A DNA stretch of 64,000 nt from an uncultured Chloroflexia bacterium (GTDB lineage: Bacteria; Chloroflexota; Anaerolineae; JAAYZQ01). The notes beneath the pieces are model-generated. The model was not told where the DNA came from. It searched no databases and saw only the letters and a list, made by a program, of their open reading frames with translations. Within the stretch, counting starts at the first letter, position 1. The number at the start of each line of letters is the position of its first letter. The translations under genes and the position numbers were made by a program. Positions 53,174-61,348 of the stretch are shown here, piece after piece. The stretch covers positions 1,344,001 to 1,408,000 of the forward strand of contig CAVOXA010000010.1 of assembly GCA_963700285.1 (NCBI GenBank), written 5' to 3'.

Positions 53174-55939
53174 CTAGTCACCGCTTGACTTGGATTGGCG
53201 TTCCTTCCGACGGGCGGCGATCGTTGCCACAGACCCCTCAAAGTCGCTGATGGAGCCATAGAATTTCATCATCCAGGCCACCACGCCCGTCCAGCCGGTC
53301 TGGTGGCTGGCGCCCAGTCCGGCGCCGTTGTCGCCGTGAAAGTACTCGTAAAACAGGATGTGGTCGCGCCAGTGCGGGTCGGTCTGGAATTTCTCCTGGC
53401 CGCCGTAGACCGGGCGCCGTCCCTCAGCATCCTGCAGGAAGATGCGGTTGAGTCGAAGCGACAACTCCTGGCTTACCTGCCACAAGGTCATCTGCTGCCC
53501 GGAACCGGTGGGACATTCGACGGTGAACTCGTCCCCGTAATAGGCGTAGAGCGTGACCAGTCCCCGAATGAGCAGCAAATTCATGGGGAACCAGATCGGG
53601 CCGCGCCAGTTGGAGTTGCCGCCAAACATGCGGGTGTTGGATTCGGCCGGCAGGTAATCCACCCGGTATTCAGCGCCACCCACGTTCAGCACGTAGGGAT
53701 GCTCCCGGTGGATTTGGGAAATGGATCGGATCCCATAGGGGCTCAAGAACTCGGCCTCATCCAGCATCCTGGACAGAACCTGTCGCAGTTTGGATTCATC
53801 GAGCACGGCGAGCAGCCGCCGGTTGTTTGGCCCGGGATCCTTCAGCGACGGGATGTTGTTGACCAGTTGCGGCCTATGCTCGTTCAGCCAGTTGACCCGT
53901 TCCATGAATTGCGGCAGGCGCTGAACCTGCTCCGGCAGGACCACCGTGCAAGCGGCCAGCGGCAGCAGGCCTACCAGGGAGCGAACCTTGAGGCGCGTAG
54001 CTCGGCCATCGGGCAGGCGCAGCACGTCGTAGAAAAAGCCGTCTTGGTCATCCCACAACCCGTCGGCCCGCGCGCCAAGCGGATCCATCGCGCCACAGAT
54101 CCACAGAAAATGTTCAAAGAACTTGCTCGCCAGCGGCTGGTAGCTGGGGTCATGCAGGGCCAACTCCAGCGCAATTTGCAGCATGGACAGGGAGTAGAAC
54201 GCCATCCAGGCCGTGCCGTCCGATTGTTCTATGTGGCCACCGGTGGGCAGTGGCGCGCTGCGGTCAAAGACGCCGATGTTGTCCAGACCCAGGAAACCGC
54301 CGCCAAAAACGTCCTTGCCGTCCGGGTCTTTTCGATTCACCCACCAGGTAAAGTTCAGCATCAGTTTGTGGAATGCGTCCTTCAGAAAGGCGATGTCGCC
54401 CTCTCCACGGCGCGCCCTGTCGATGGCATAGACCCGCATGAGCGCCCACGCGTGGACCGGTGGATTCACGTCACTGAAATTCCACTCGTAGGCAGGCAAT
54501 TGGCCGTTGGCGTGTAGGTACCGCTCATCCAGCATCAACGCCAACTGGTCCTTGGCGAAATCGAGATCGACCATGGCCAGGGCAATGGTGTGGAAGGCCA
54601 GATCCCAAGCCGCATACCAGGGATACTCCCATTTATCCGGCATGGAGATGATATCGGCATTCACCATGTGGTACCAGTTCTTGTTGCGGATTGAAGCCTG
54701 CTGCAGACCGGCCCGATCGGCGAAACCGTGCTCGTTGAGCCACCGCGTCACGTCATAATTGTAATACTGCTTGCTCCAGAGCATGCCGGCTAGCGCCTGG
54801 CGCATCACATTTCTCTCATCCGCGGACAGCCCGTCTGGCGCAATCTCCGCGTAGAAGGCGTCTGCCTCATTTCGACGCGTCTGCATGACGGTGTCAAAGT
54901 GCCGGCCAAAGGGATTGCCCTGGTCGGGATAGGGAACGCCTGGCGTTTGCAGGTCTGTCTCTGTCAGGCGCAGCCGGATCGCTTCGCTCTGACCCGGACC
55001 AACAACCAGTTGAAAATGGGGCGCTGCTTTGGTGCCCGTCTGAGCCGGGTTCACCGCCTCGCGCTGTCCTGCCACCACAGCGTCGTTGATCCCGTCCTTA
55101 ACATAGGGATTGGCATTGGCTTTGCCGAACAGGCGCGCCGTGTTTGTCTCGTTGTCGGTGAACAGGGACGGTGCGTCGCCCGAGACGTACAAGAAACGCT
55201 GACCCAGCAGTGGATGGCTGGCCGCGATTGCACTGAACCCTTGCTCACTGCGGACCTGCTGCAGGCTGGGTTTGGGTGCGCCCCCGGACCAGGACCAGGT
55301 GTTGCGGAACCAGAGCGTCGGCAGCACGTGCAGCGTAGCTGTCTCCGGTCCCCGGTTAAAGGCCGTGATCTGGATCAGAATGTCTTCCGGCGACTCTTTG
55401 GCGTATTCGACCAAGACATCGAAGTAGCGGTCCTGATCAAACACGCCCGTGTCGAGCAATTCATACTCAAAGTCGCCTGCCGTGCGCTGCTGGTTGGTCT
55501 GGATCAGGTCGGCGTAGGGAAATTCGGCCTGGGGATACTTGTACAGGTACTTCATGTAGGAATGGGTCGGCGTGTTGTCCAGGTAGAAATAGACCTCCTT
55601 GACATCCTCGCCGTGGTTGCCCTCGGAATTGGTCAGGCCGAATAGCCGCTCTTTGAGGATCGGATCCCTTCCATTCCACAATGCCAGGGCAAAGCAGAGC
55701 AATTGCCGGTCGTCCGAGATGCCCGCCAGGCCGTCTTCACCCCAGCGGTAGGCGCGCGACCGCGCTTGATCGTGGGTAAAGTAGGCCCAGGCATCGCCGT
55801 CCTCGCTATAGTCCTCGCGCACGACGCCCCATTGCCGTTCGCTCAGATAGGGTCCCCATTTCTTCCACGGGATTTGCTCATCCCGCGCCGCTTCCAAGCG
55901 TTTTTCTTCTGGATTCATGTCACTTTGCCCACTTGCCAT
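53174..55939 (-). CDS. GH63-like glucosidase (MGH1-like)
   Basis: [48 protein letters not shown]. Confidence 0.9.
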   Translation of the reverse strand: MASGQSDMNPEEKRLEAARDEQIPWKKWGPYLSERQWGVVREDYSEDGDAWAYFTHDQARSRAYRWGEDGLAGISDDRQLLCFALALWNGRDPILKERLFGLTNSEGNHGEDVKEVYFYLDNTPTHSYMKYLYKYPQAEFPYADLIQTNQQRTAGDFEYELLDTGVFDQDRYFDVLVEYAKESPEDILIQITAFNRGPETATLHVLPTLWFRNTWSWSGGAPKPSLQQVRSEQGFSAIAASHPLLGQRFLYVSGDAPSLFTDNETNTARLFGKANANPYVKDGINDAVVAGQREAVNPAQTGTKAAPHFQLVVGPGQSEAIRLRLTETDLQTPGVPYPDQGNPFGRHFDTVMQTRRNEADAFYAEIAPDGLSADERNVMRQALAGMLWSKQYYNYDVTRWLNEHGFADRAGLQQASIRNKNWYHMVNADIISMPDKWEYPWYAAWDLAFHTIALAMVDLDFAKDQLALMLDERYLHANGQLPAYEWNFSDVNPPVHAWALMRVYAIDRARRGEGDIAFLKDAFHKLMLNFTWWVNRKDPDGKDVFGGGFLGLDNIGVFDRSAPLPTGGHIEQSDGTAWMAFYSLSMLQIALELALHDPSYQPLASKFFEHFLWICGAMDPLGARADGLWDDQDGFFYDVLRLPDGRATRLKVRSLVGLLPLAACTVVLPEQVQRLPQFMERVNWLNEHRPQLVNNIPSLKDPGPNNRRLLAVLDESKLRQVLSRMLDEAEFLSPYGIRSISQIHREHPYVLNVGGAEYRVDYLPAESNTRMFGGNSNWRGPIWFPMNLLLIRGLVTLYAYYGDEFTVECPTGSGQQMTLWQVSQELSLRLNRIFLQDAEGRRPVYGGQEKFQTDPHWRDHILFYEYFHGDNGAGLGASHQTGWTGVVAWMMKFYGSISDFEGSVATIAARRKERQSKSSGD

Positions 55940-55954
55940 ATCATACCCTCTTGT

Positions 55955-56035
55955 CTTTTCATAAAGTCGGGGAAGGTGGGGTTGTGTGCGGGCGGCAAAG
56001 CCGCCCGCACACAACCCCCAGTTATTGAGAAGATA
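55955..56035. repeat. GGGTTGTGT palindromic element, copy 2
   Basis: Perfect 19-bp stem ggggttgtgtgcgggcggc-aaa-gccgcccgcacacaacccc (55978-56018), followed by ttgagaagatac as in copy 1. Confidence 0.75.
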
Positions 56036-56056
56036 CGACCACAGCGCTCGCCATGG

Positions 56057-56368
56057 TTAGTAGGCCGCTTCCGGGTAGCCCGGTATGCCGCGCCGGTTGT
56101 TGGCTATCTGAGCCCACTTCATGATGTCCAGCAGCACGCCCATGCCGATCCACATCCAGTCCCAGCCAGAGATGCCGAGCCCGGGACTCCAGGCGAGCAG
56201 GTACATGATCGTGGTGTAGGGCGCCAGGATGATGCCCAGTAAGGGCCAGAACCAGTTGCCCCTCCAAACGACGTCCCATCGCTGGCTAAAGATCCAGGCC
56301 AGGATCAGCACCACGCGCGGCGCGAACGCCGCGCCCATTGCTAAAAGACAACCACATCCTAGTAACAT
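56057..56368 (-). CDS. Small Trp-rich membrane protein
   Basis: RBS aggagg; three hydrophobic segments; PRVVL...P.TT. Confidence 0.75.
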   Translation of the reverse strand: MLLGCGCLLAMGAAFAPRVVLILAWIFSQRWDVVWRGNWFWPLLGIILAPYTTIMYLLAWSPGLGISGWDWMWIGMGVLLDIMKWAQIANNRRGIPGYPEAAY

Positions 56369-56598
56369 GACTTCCTCCTTGTTGAATTGATTCTACGTAC
56401 AGATTTGTAAGTCATTACCCTTTGTCTAACACTCCAGACTGCCTAGATCTGCGGCCAAATGAGACCTGCCCTGTAGAGCGCCATACGGGGCCGGTCACGG
56501 CCGCTGTGCCCTTTGATGTCTATCAGCGGCGTGTCTGTACTTGTGGTCATGTCACCCTGGTCCTGGCGGTCCAGTCCTCTGCTACCGCAGGAGAAGGT

Positions 56599-56946
56599 TC
56601 AGGTTCCCAGTAGCTTTTGCTTGCCAGCCGCAAACTCTTCATCGCTCAGCACACCCGAGTCGTGGAGCTGGGCGAGCTGCTGAAGCTGGGCGGTCAGATC
56701 TGGCGCGGGCGCCTGCTGAACCGGAGCCGCATACTGCTGCGGAGGTGGAGCAGCCTGCTGGGCCTGCGCATCGGCTGCGCCATCCTCGTAAGCCTCATCA
56801 TACTGTTGCTGCGCGGCAGCATCTTGCTGCGCATATTTCTGGTTCTGGTGGTGGTGGACTGCACCGGCTGTGCCGGCCACGACCGCCGTGCCTACGGCGA
56901 CACGTGCCACACTTCGTCTTCTCATTGCTCTTCTAGCTCTAGGCAT
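56599..56946 (-). CDS. SHOCT domain protein
   Basis: QLQQLAQLHDSGVLSDEEFAAGKQKLL; N-terminal TAVVAGTA. Confidence 0.88.
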   Translation of the reverse strand: MPRARRAMRRRSVARVAVGTAVVAGTAGAVHHHQNQKYAQQDAAAQQQYDEAYEDGAADAQAQQAAPPPQQYAAPVQQAPAPDLTAQLQQLAQLHDSGVLSDEEFAAGKQKLLGT

Positions 56947-56990
56947 ATCAGCCTCCTGATCTTTGGTTTTGGTCAAGTCTTGGACCCTGG

Positions 56991-57422
56991 CTAAGATTCA
57001 GCCTGGGCAAATATCTCTAACGTTTCATTCACGACCTCGTAGGGGATCCGGTCATAGGCCACCATCCGGCCGCTGGAACGGGTTACGGCTTCCCCGAACT
57101 TGATCGCCCACAGGTTTTCAATCAACAGCAAGGCGGCGGTGGTATTATCTTCCATCTCCGCAGCGATCATCTCGATATCTTCGACCTGGATGATGCCGCT
57201 GACTTCGATCTCCAGCGGGTCAAAGACGGCTAGAATATCAGGTGCCAGCTCCTCAATCTCGAGAACCTGGGTTTCCCCATCCTGATCCTTCAGGATGATA
57301 ACCAGATCGATCACCCGCACGATCTGTTTTTGTACCAACTCGAGCAGAGCGGGCAAACTCTCTCCTGTGAGCTGGTCGGTCTTGAACTCAAGGGCTACAA
57401 AATCGATGGGTCCGTAAGACAT
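56991..57422 (-). CDS. DUF6325/DUF1269-like acidic protein
   Basis: GPIDFVALEF, IRVIDL-type motif, ENLWA, RIP; typically paired with SHOCT genes. Confidence 0.8.
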   Translation of the reverse strand: MSYGPIDFVALEFKTDQLTGESLPALLELVQKQIVRVIDLVIILKDQDGETQVLEIEELAPDILAVFDPLEIEVSGIIQVEDIEMIAAEMEDNTTAALLLIENLWAIKFGEAVTRSSGRMVAYDRIPYEVVNETLEIFAQAES

Positions 57423-57439
57423 AATTATTCTCCCTTCTA

Positions 57440-58003
57440 TCAGCGGCCCTCGTGGGCCATCTCGTCGATGCACACCGCCACGGCCAGGATGATCACGTCA
57501 TCCTGCCCGGGATCAATCGATACGCCATAGCTGTCGCGCACGCGGAACCACTTTTTGGAGACCTCCGCCACCTTGTCGCGGCCTTCGCCGATGGTGTACT
57601 CGTGATCCACAAGGTTGCCTTGCACCTCCAGATCGGGTCCGCCCTTGATCTTGACCGTCCAACGCTCGCGAACGGGGGTGACCATGGCTTTCTTGACCAT
57701 GGCAAGCTGCTCGCCGCCTGGTCCTTCGATCTCCATGCTGTCCTTGACCCGCACCTTGCGTTCCTGGATCTTGGCCAGCTCTTTGCCCTGCGCGTCTTCA
57801 AAGACCAGGGTCTGGCGCACCCGCAGCGCCTTTCCATCTATCTTGAAGGCTTTCTGGCCCTGCTCGTTCTCGATCCAGAAATCATCGCCGATGGCCGCCA
57901 TCTTCTGCCGCATCTGGTAGCGGTTCCCTCCGCCCCCCGGTCGCCCGAGCTGGCGGTCGTCCTGGCGCTCATCGCGCCGTTCGCTTCTTCTTCCTGGTGA
58001 CAT
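57440..58003 (-). CDS. LURP-one-related/scramblase (Tubby C) family protein
   Basis: IGDDFWIE, IDGKALR, AEVSKKWF..RDSYGV. Confidence 0.88.
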   Translation of the reverse strand: MSPGRRSERRDERQDDRQLGRPGGGGNRYQMRQKMAAIGDDFWIENEQGQKAFKIDGKALRVRQTLVFEDAQGKELAKIQERKVRVKDSMEIEGPGGEQLAMVKKAMVTPVRERWTVKIKGGPDLEVQGNLVDHEYTIGEGRDKVAEVSKKWFRVRDSYGVSIDPGQDDVIILAVAVCIDEMAHEGR

Positions 58004-58016
58004 GTCTGTCTCCTCT

Positions 58017-58439
58017 CTATTCTATCGATTTCGTTTCTTGCGATTCGCTGCGGAGTACGGCGGCTGCCCCGGTGCCGTCCCGGTGCCGCGCTTGGCTCTG
58101 CCGGATGGCCGCCAGCAGGTAATCCGGCGAATCGCCGAGCAAAACAAAGGCATCGGCGCCGGCAGCCAGGGCCTCTTGCCGGACGCCTTCGTCGCGGCCA
58201 AGCACGATGACCTGGGTGTTGCATCGGGCCCGCTTGGCCCTGGCCAGCAGCAGGCTGGGGGAATAACCGGGTAGATCCCAATCGAGGAGGACCAGATCCG
58301 GACGGCTCGACCGCAGCAGGCTGCTCACGCTGGCGGCTTCGCTCGCTGTGCCGACAACGTCTGCACCTGGCTCCTCTCGGAGCAGGATCCCCAGGGCCAA
58401 CCTCAAGTCCAACTGCGCGCTGGCCAGCACTATCTTCAT
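58017..58439 (-). CDS. Stand-alone (pseudo)receiver domain protein
   Basis: VVG.A, PDLVLLDWDLP, ALAAGADAFV; no output domain. Confidence 0.8.
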   Translation of the reverse strand: MKIVLASAQLDLRLALGILLREEPGADVVGTASEAASVSSLLRSSRPDLVLLDWDLPGYSPSLLLARAKRARCNTQVIVLGRDEGVRQEALAAGADAFVLLGDSPDYLLAAIRQSQARHRDGTGAAAVLRSESQETKSIE

Positions 58440-58664
58440 TCCATACTCCCTCCTGGTCTCTCGAGTTCGACCCGGTATATCCAGTATACATGCCAGGTCT
58501 ACAGGACGCAATTGGCTTCTGGTGTATCTTGAGCCTGGATGGATGGCGTATTTTGGGTATTAACAATCGTCTATGGCCAGCATTGACCTCTGTTCTGGTC
58601 CGAGAGGAAAACGACTCGGCCGTAGGGTACATGAGGTGCAACGCACTTGTGAGAAAAGTGCGTT
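58392..58664 (-). repeat. 273-bp direct repeat, copy A (hairpin + promoter + 5' end of receiver gene)
   Basis: Colinear, gap-free match to 60293-60565 (offset 1901). Confidence 0.95.
58483..58511 (-). promoter_or_regulatory. Sigma70-type promoter (copy A)
   Basis: TTGCGT-17 bp-TATACT on the minus strand, conserved in both repeat copies. Confidence 0.65.
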
Positions 58665-59374
58665 TATTCCTTCTGCTCGACCATGGGGGACACGCCATTC
58701 TCTGCACCCGCGCCCCGGCGGCGCAGATTATTGGCCAGGATGTAGATGCTGATGACCAGCACCCAGGCCGGGAAGATCAGCGTCACCCACAGGCTGTAGC
58801 CGAGACTCACCATGAGGAACAGCGCCAGCCCATAGGTCAGGAGGGCCAGCCAGCGTGGCATGACACGGGTGCGGACCCAGATGGTGCCCAGCGAGATCAT
58901 GAACACTCCCGCCATGCGCATGGCATAAATGTTGGTGATCTGGTGCACTATCTGCCGGCCATAGGTGTACAGGCCGCTGTCGACCATCTGGGCAGGTATC
59001 TGGGCATAGGTGGCCAACAGACCCCCTGTCAGCGCCGCCGAGGCGAAGATCATGGCCAGGAACAGCAGGCCGCTGCCAAAGAGCACGGTCGAAAAAAAGC
59101 GGTCCTCCAACTCCCCGAGGCGGTCGCGCATCACACCGATGAACCACAGGAAGGCGATCCCGGCGAATGGCACCAGGCTCAGGGCCAGGGCCACCGCGCC
59201 CGATCGCTCCTTCATCCAGATGCCGCCATCGGCCGGGTCGGCCGGGATGGAGACCCGGACGAGGATAAGGGCCGTGCCGAGCAGCACGGCAAAGAGGATG
59301 CCGGCCACGGCTGCGGCGCGAGGCGTCGTCAGCCGCGGATTGGTCAAGGACACTGCGTCGTCGCTCACTTTCAT
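58664..59374 (-). CDS. Hypothetical multi-pass membrane protein
   Basis: LTTPRAAAVAGILF, EDRFFSTV; RBS aggagg. Confidence 0.8.
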   Translation of the reverse strand: MKVSDDAVSLTNPRLTTPRAAAVAGILFAVLLGTALILVRVSIPADPADGGIWMKERSGAVALALSLVPFAGIAFLWFIGVMRDRLGELEDRFFSTVLFGSGLLFLAMIFASAALTGGLLATYAQIPAQMVDSGLYTYGRQIVHQITNIYAMRMAGVFMISLGTIWVRTRVMPRWLALLTYGLALFLMVSLGYSLWVTLIFPAWVLVISIYILANNLRRRGAGAENGVSPMVEQKE

Positions 59375-59486
59375 CTTGCTTGCCTCCTTCTTGTGCGAAT
59401 GGAGGTCTGCAGCGCCTCAGCGTCGAATCCGGCGAGAAGGCCCCGCCCAGGGCGCCGGCACCACTCCGACCCGGAACCAATAGCCC

Positions 59487-60275
59487 TCAGGATTTGGAAG
59501 CTCCAATTTGCCTGTGCAGATCGATCAGAGTCTGCTGGCTCACCCGCAGGAAACCCTCTTGCGGCCGGTCCAGATCGACGATCAACAGCAGGACCACGGT
59601 AAAGATCGTGATCATCACCAGGACGCCGGACATATCGCGCTGTCCGGTGTGGCCGCTTTGAAAGCCGATCAACAGCATGCTCAGTGTAGCCATTACGTAC
59701 AGCCCTGTCACGAGGGTCGGGGGAAGGCGCGATGTGAGCACAGCCGCGGCGCGCCTGGCCTGCATGTTGATGACCTCGGTCAACGAATCGAGGAAGAGCG
59801 AAATCTCATCCCTGCCGGGATTCTCGTTCACCATTTCCTCTGCCATCTTCCATAGTTCCGCGAGGATCTCTTCCGAGCGGGCCACAACCTCCTCAATGCT
59901 GGTCCCCGCGACAGCGGCCAGGCGCAGATCCACATACTCGCGCAGTCTACTGCGCGTTTCGATGGAGTAGGGCTCGGGCAGGTAGCCGGCCTGCAAGTAG
60001 GCTGCGCGGATGGCCGTGGCCTCGTCCACCACCAACTGCCGGCGGTAGTCGAAACGGCTGGTGGCTATACTCACCACGAAAGCCAACACGAAGGCGAGCA
60101 GGGCCAGCGTGGCGCCCGCCATCGCATCGAGTCCCGCTCCCGTCCCCAACTTGGCGCTCGCCTGCCGGAAGAGGCCATATTGGTTGCCTACTACGAACGC
60201 CGCGAGCGCCACCAGAAAGGTCAAAACATATACAGCCCGAATTGGGATGGAGTCCAAGCTCTTGGTACTTGACAT
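59487..60275 (-). CDS. DUF4239 / bestrophin-like membrane protein
   Basis: LLAFVLAF...RFDYRRQLVVDEA, IVDLDRPQEG; start MSSTK after RBS gaggag. Confidence 0.8.
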   Translation of the reverse strand: MSSTKSLDSIPIRAVYVLTFLVALAAFVVGNQYGLFRQASAKLGTGAGLDAMAGATLALLAFVLAFVVSIATSRFDYRRQLVVDEATAIRAAYLQAGYLPEPYSIETRSRLREYVDLRLAAVAGTSIEEVVARSEEILAELWKMAEEMVNENPGRDEISLFLDSLTEVINMQARRAAAVLTSRLPPTLVTGLYVMATLSMLLIGFQSGHTGQRDMSGVLVMITIFTVVLLLIVDLDRPQEGFLRVSQQTLIDLHRQIGASKS

Positions 60276-60292
60276 AGGTCTATGGGCCTCCT

Positions 60293-60565
60293 CAGGGCCA
60301 ACCTCAAGTCCAACTATGCGCTGGCCAGCACGATTCTCATTCCATACTCTCTCGCGGTCTCTCGAACTCGACACGCTAGATCCAGTATACGTGCCAGGTC
60401 TACAGAACGCAATTGGCTTCTGATGTATCTTGAGCCTGGATAGATGGCGTATTTTGGGTATTAACAATCGTCTATGGCCAGCATCAACCTCTGTTCTGGT
60501 CCGAGAGGACAACGACTCAGCCGTAGGGTACATGAGGTGCAACGCACTTGTGAGAAAAGTGCGTT
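60293..60565 (-). repeat. 273-bp direct repeat, copy B (promoter 60384-60412; truncated receiver start)
   Basis: MRIVLASA*LDLRLAL with a premature TAG; perfect 15-bp IR aggtgcaacgcactt / aagtgcgttgcacct at 60534-60571. Confidence 0.95.
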
Positions 60566-60628
60566 GCACCTGGGCCGGCCTGGTGAGCGTCGGGGTAAGC
60601 GGCCGGAATGAACTGTCGCAGGAGAATG

Positions 60629-61297
60629 TTAGCGGAATTTTGAGGAGACCAGCTTGTGCTCCACAGCGAGCCTGGCAGCTTCGGTGCGGTTACTGGCGCC
60701 AAGCTTGGAGAGGATTTGGCTGACGTATACGCGCACGGTGGCCGGGCTGAGGGTCAGCCTTTCGGCAATCTCCTTGTTCGTCAGACCGTTGGCCAACAGC
60801 GCGAGAACCTCTCGCTCTCGCGCTGTTAGGTCATGTCCCAAAAGCGGGGGCCGGCGGACAGACTTGATCAGGAGTTGCATGGCATCCGGGTCTATTGTAG
60901 AACGGCCCAGGTGCGCAGCCCGGATTGCTTCCGCGAGTTCGTCGGCACTCACCTTCTTGAGCAGATAGCCGATAGCTCCGGCCCCGATGGCCCGCTGGAC
61001 CAGGTCCTCTTCCACGAAACTGGTCAGGGCCAGGACCTGTACGTGGGGCCAGGCTTCCCGGACGAGGGAGGTGGCGGTAGGGCCATCCATGTTGGGCATG
61101 ACTACGTCCATCAAGATTACATCGGGTTGGGCCTGCTGGCAGAGCCTCACGGCCTCCTCCCCGTCCTCGGCGACGGCGACTACTTCCAGATCATCGAACG
61201 TAGACACCAGCAGTTTCAATCCATCGCGCACCAGCAGATGGTCATCTACGATCATGACACGGACCGGTTTTCGGTCAGACGGAGTTGTACGATCCAT
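60629..61297 (-). CDS. NarL/LuxR-family response regulator
   Basis: VDDH, ILMD, LTS, YLLK receiver residues; LTAREREVL..NKEIA HTH. Confidence 0.95.
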   Translation of the reverse strand: MDRTTPSDRKPVRVMIVDDHLLVRDGLKLLVSTFDDLEVVAVAEDGEEAVRLCQQAQPDVILMDVVMPNMDGPTATSLVREAWPHVQVLALTSFVEEDLVQRAIGAGAIGYLLKKVSADELAEAIRAAHLGRSTIDPDAMQLLIKSVRRPPLLGHDLTAREREVLALLANGLTNKEIAERLTLSPATVRVYVSQILSKLGASNRTEAARLAVEHKLVSSKFR

Positions 61298-61348
61298 GGA
61301 ACGGTCCTTTCGGGTATACGCCGGATGACAGAGGACAAATGAGAGTGT

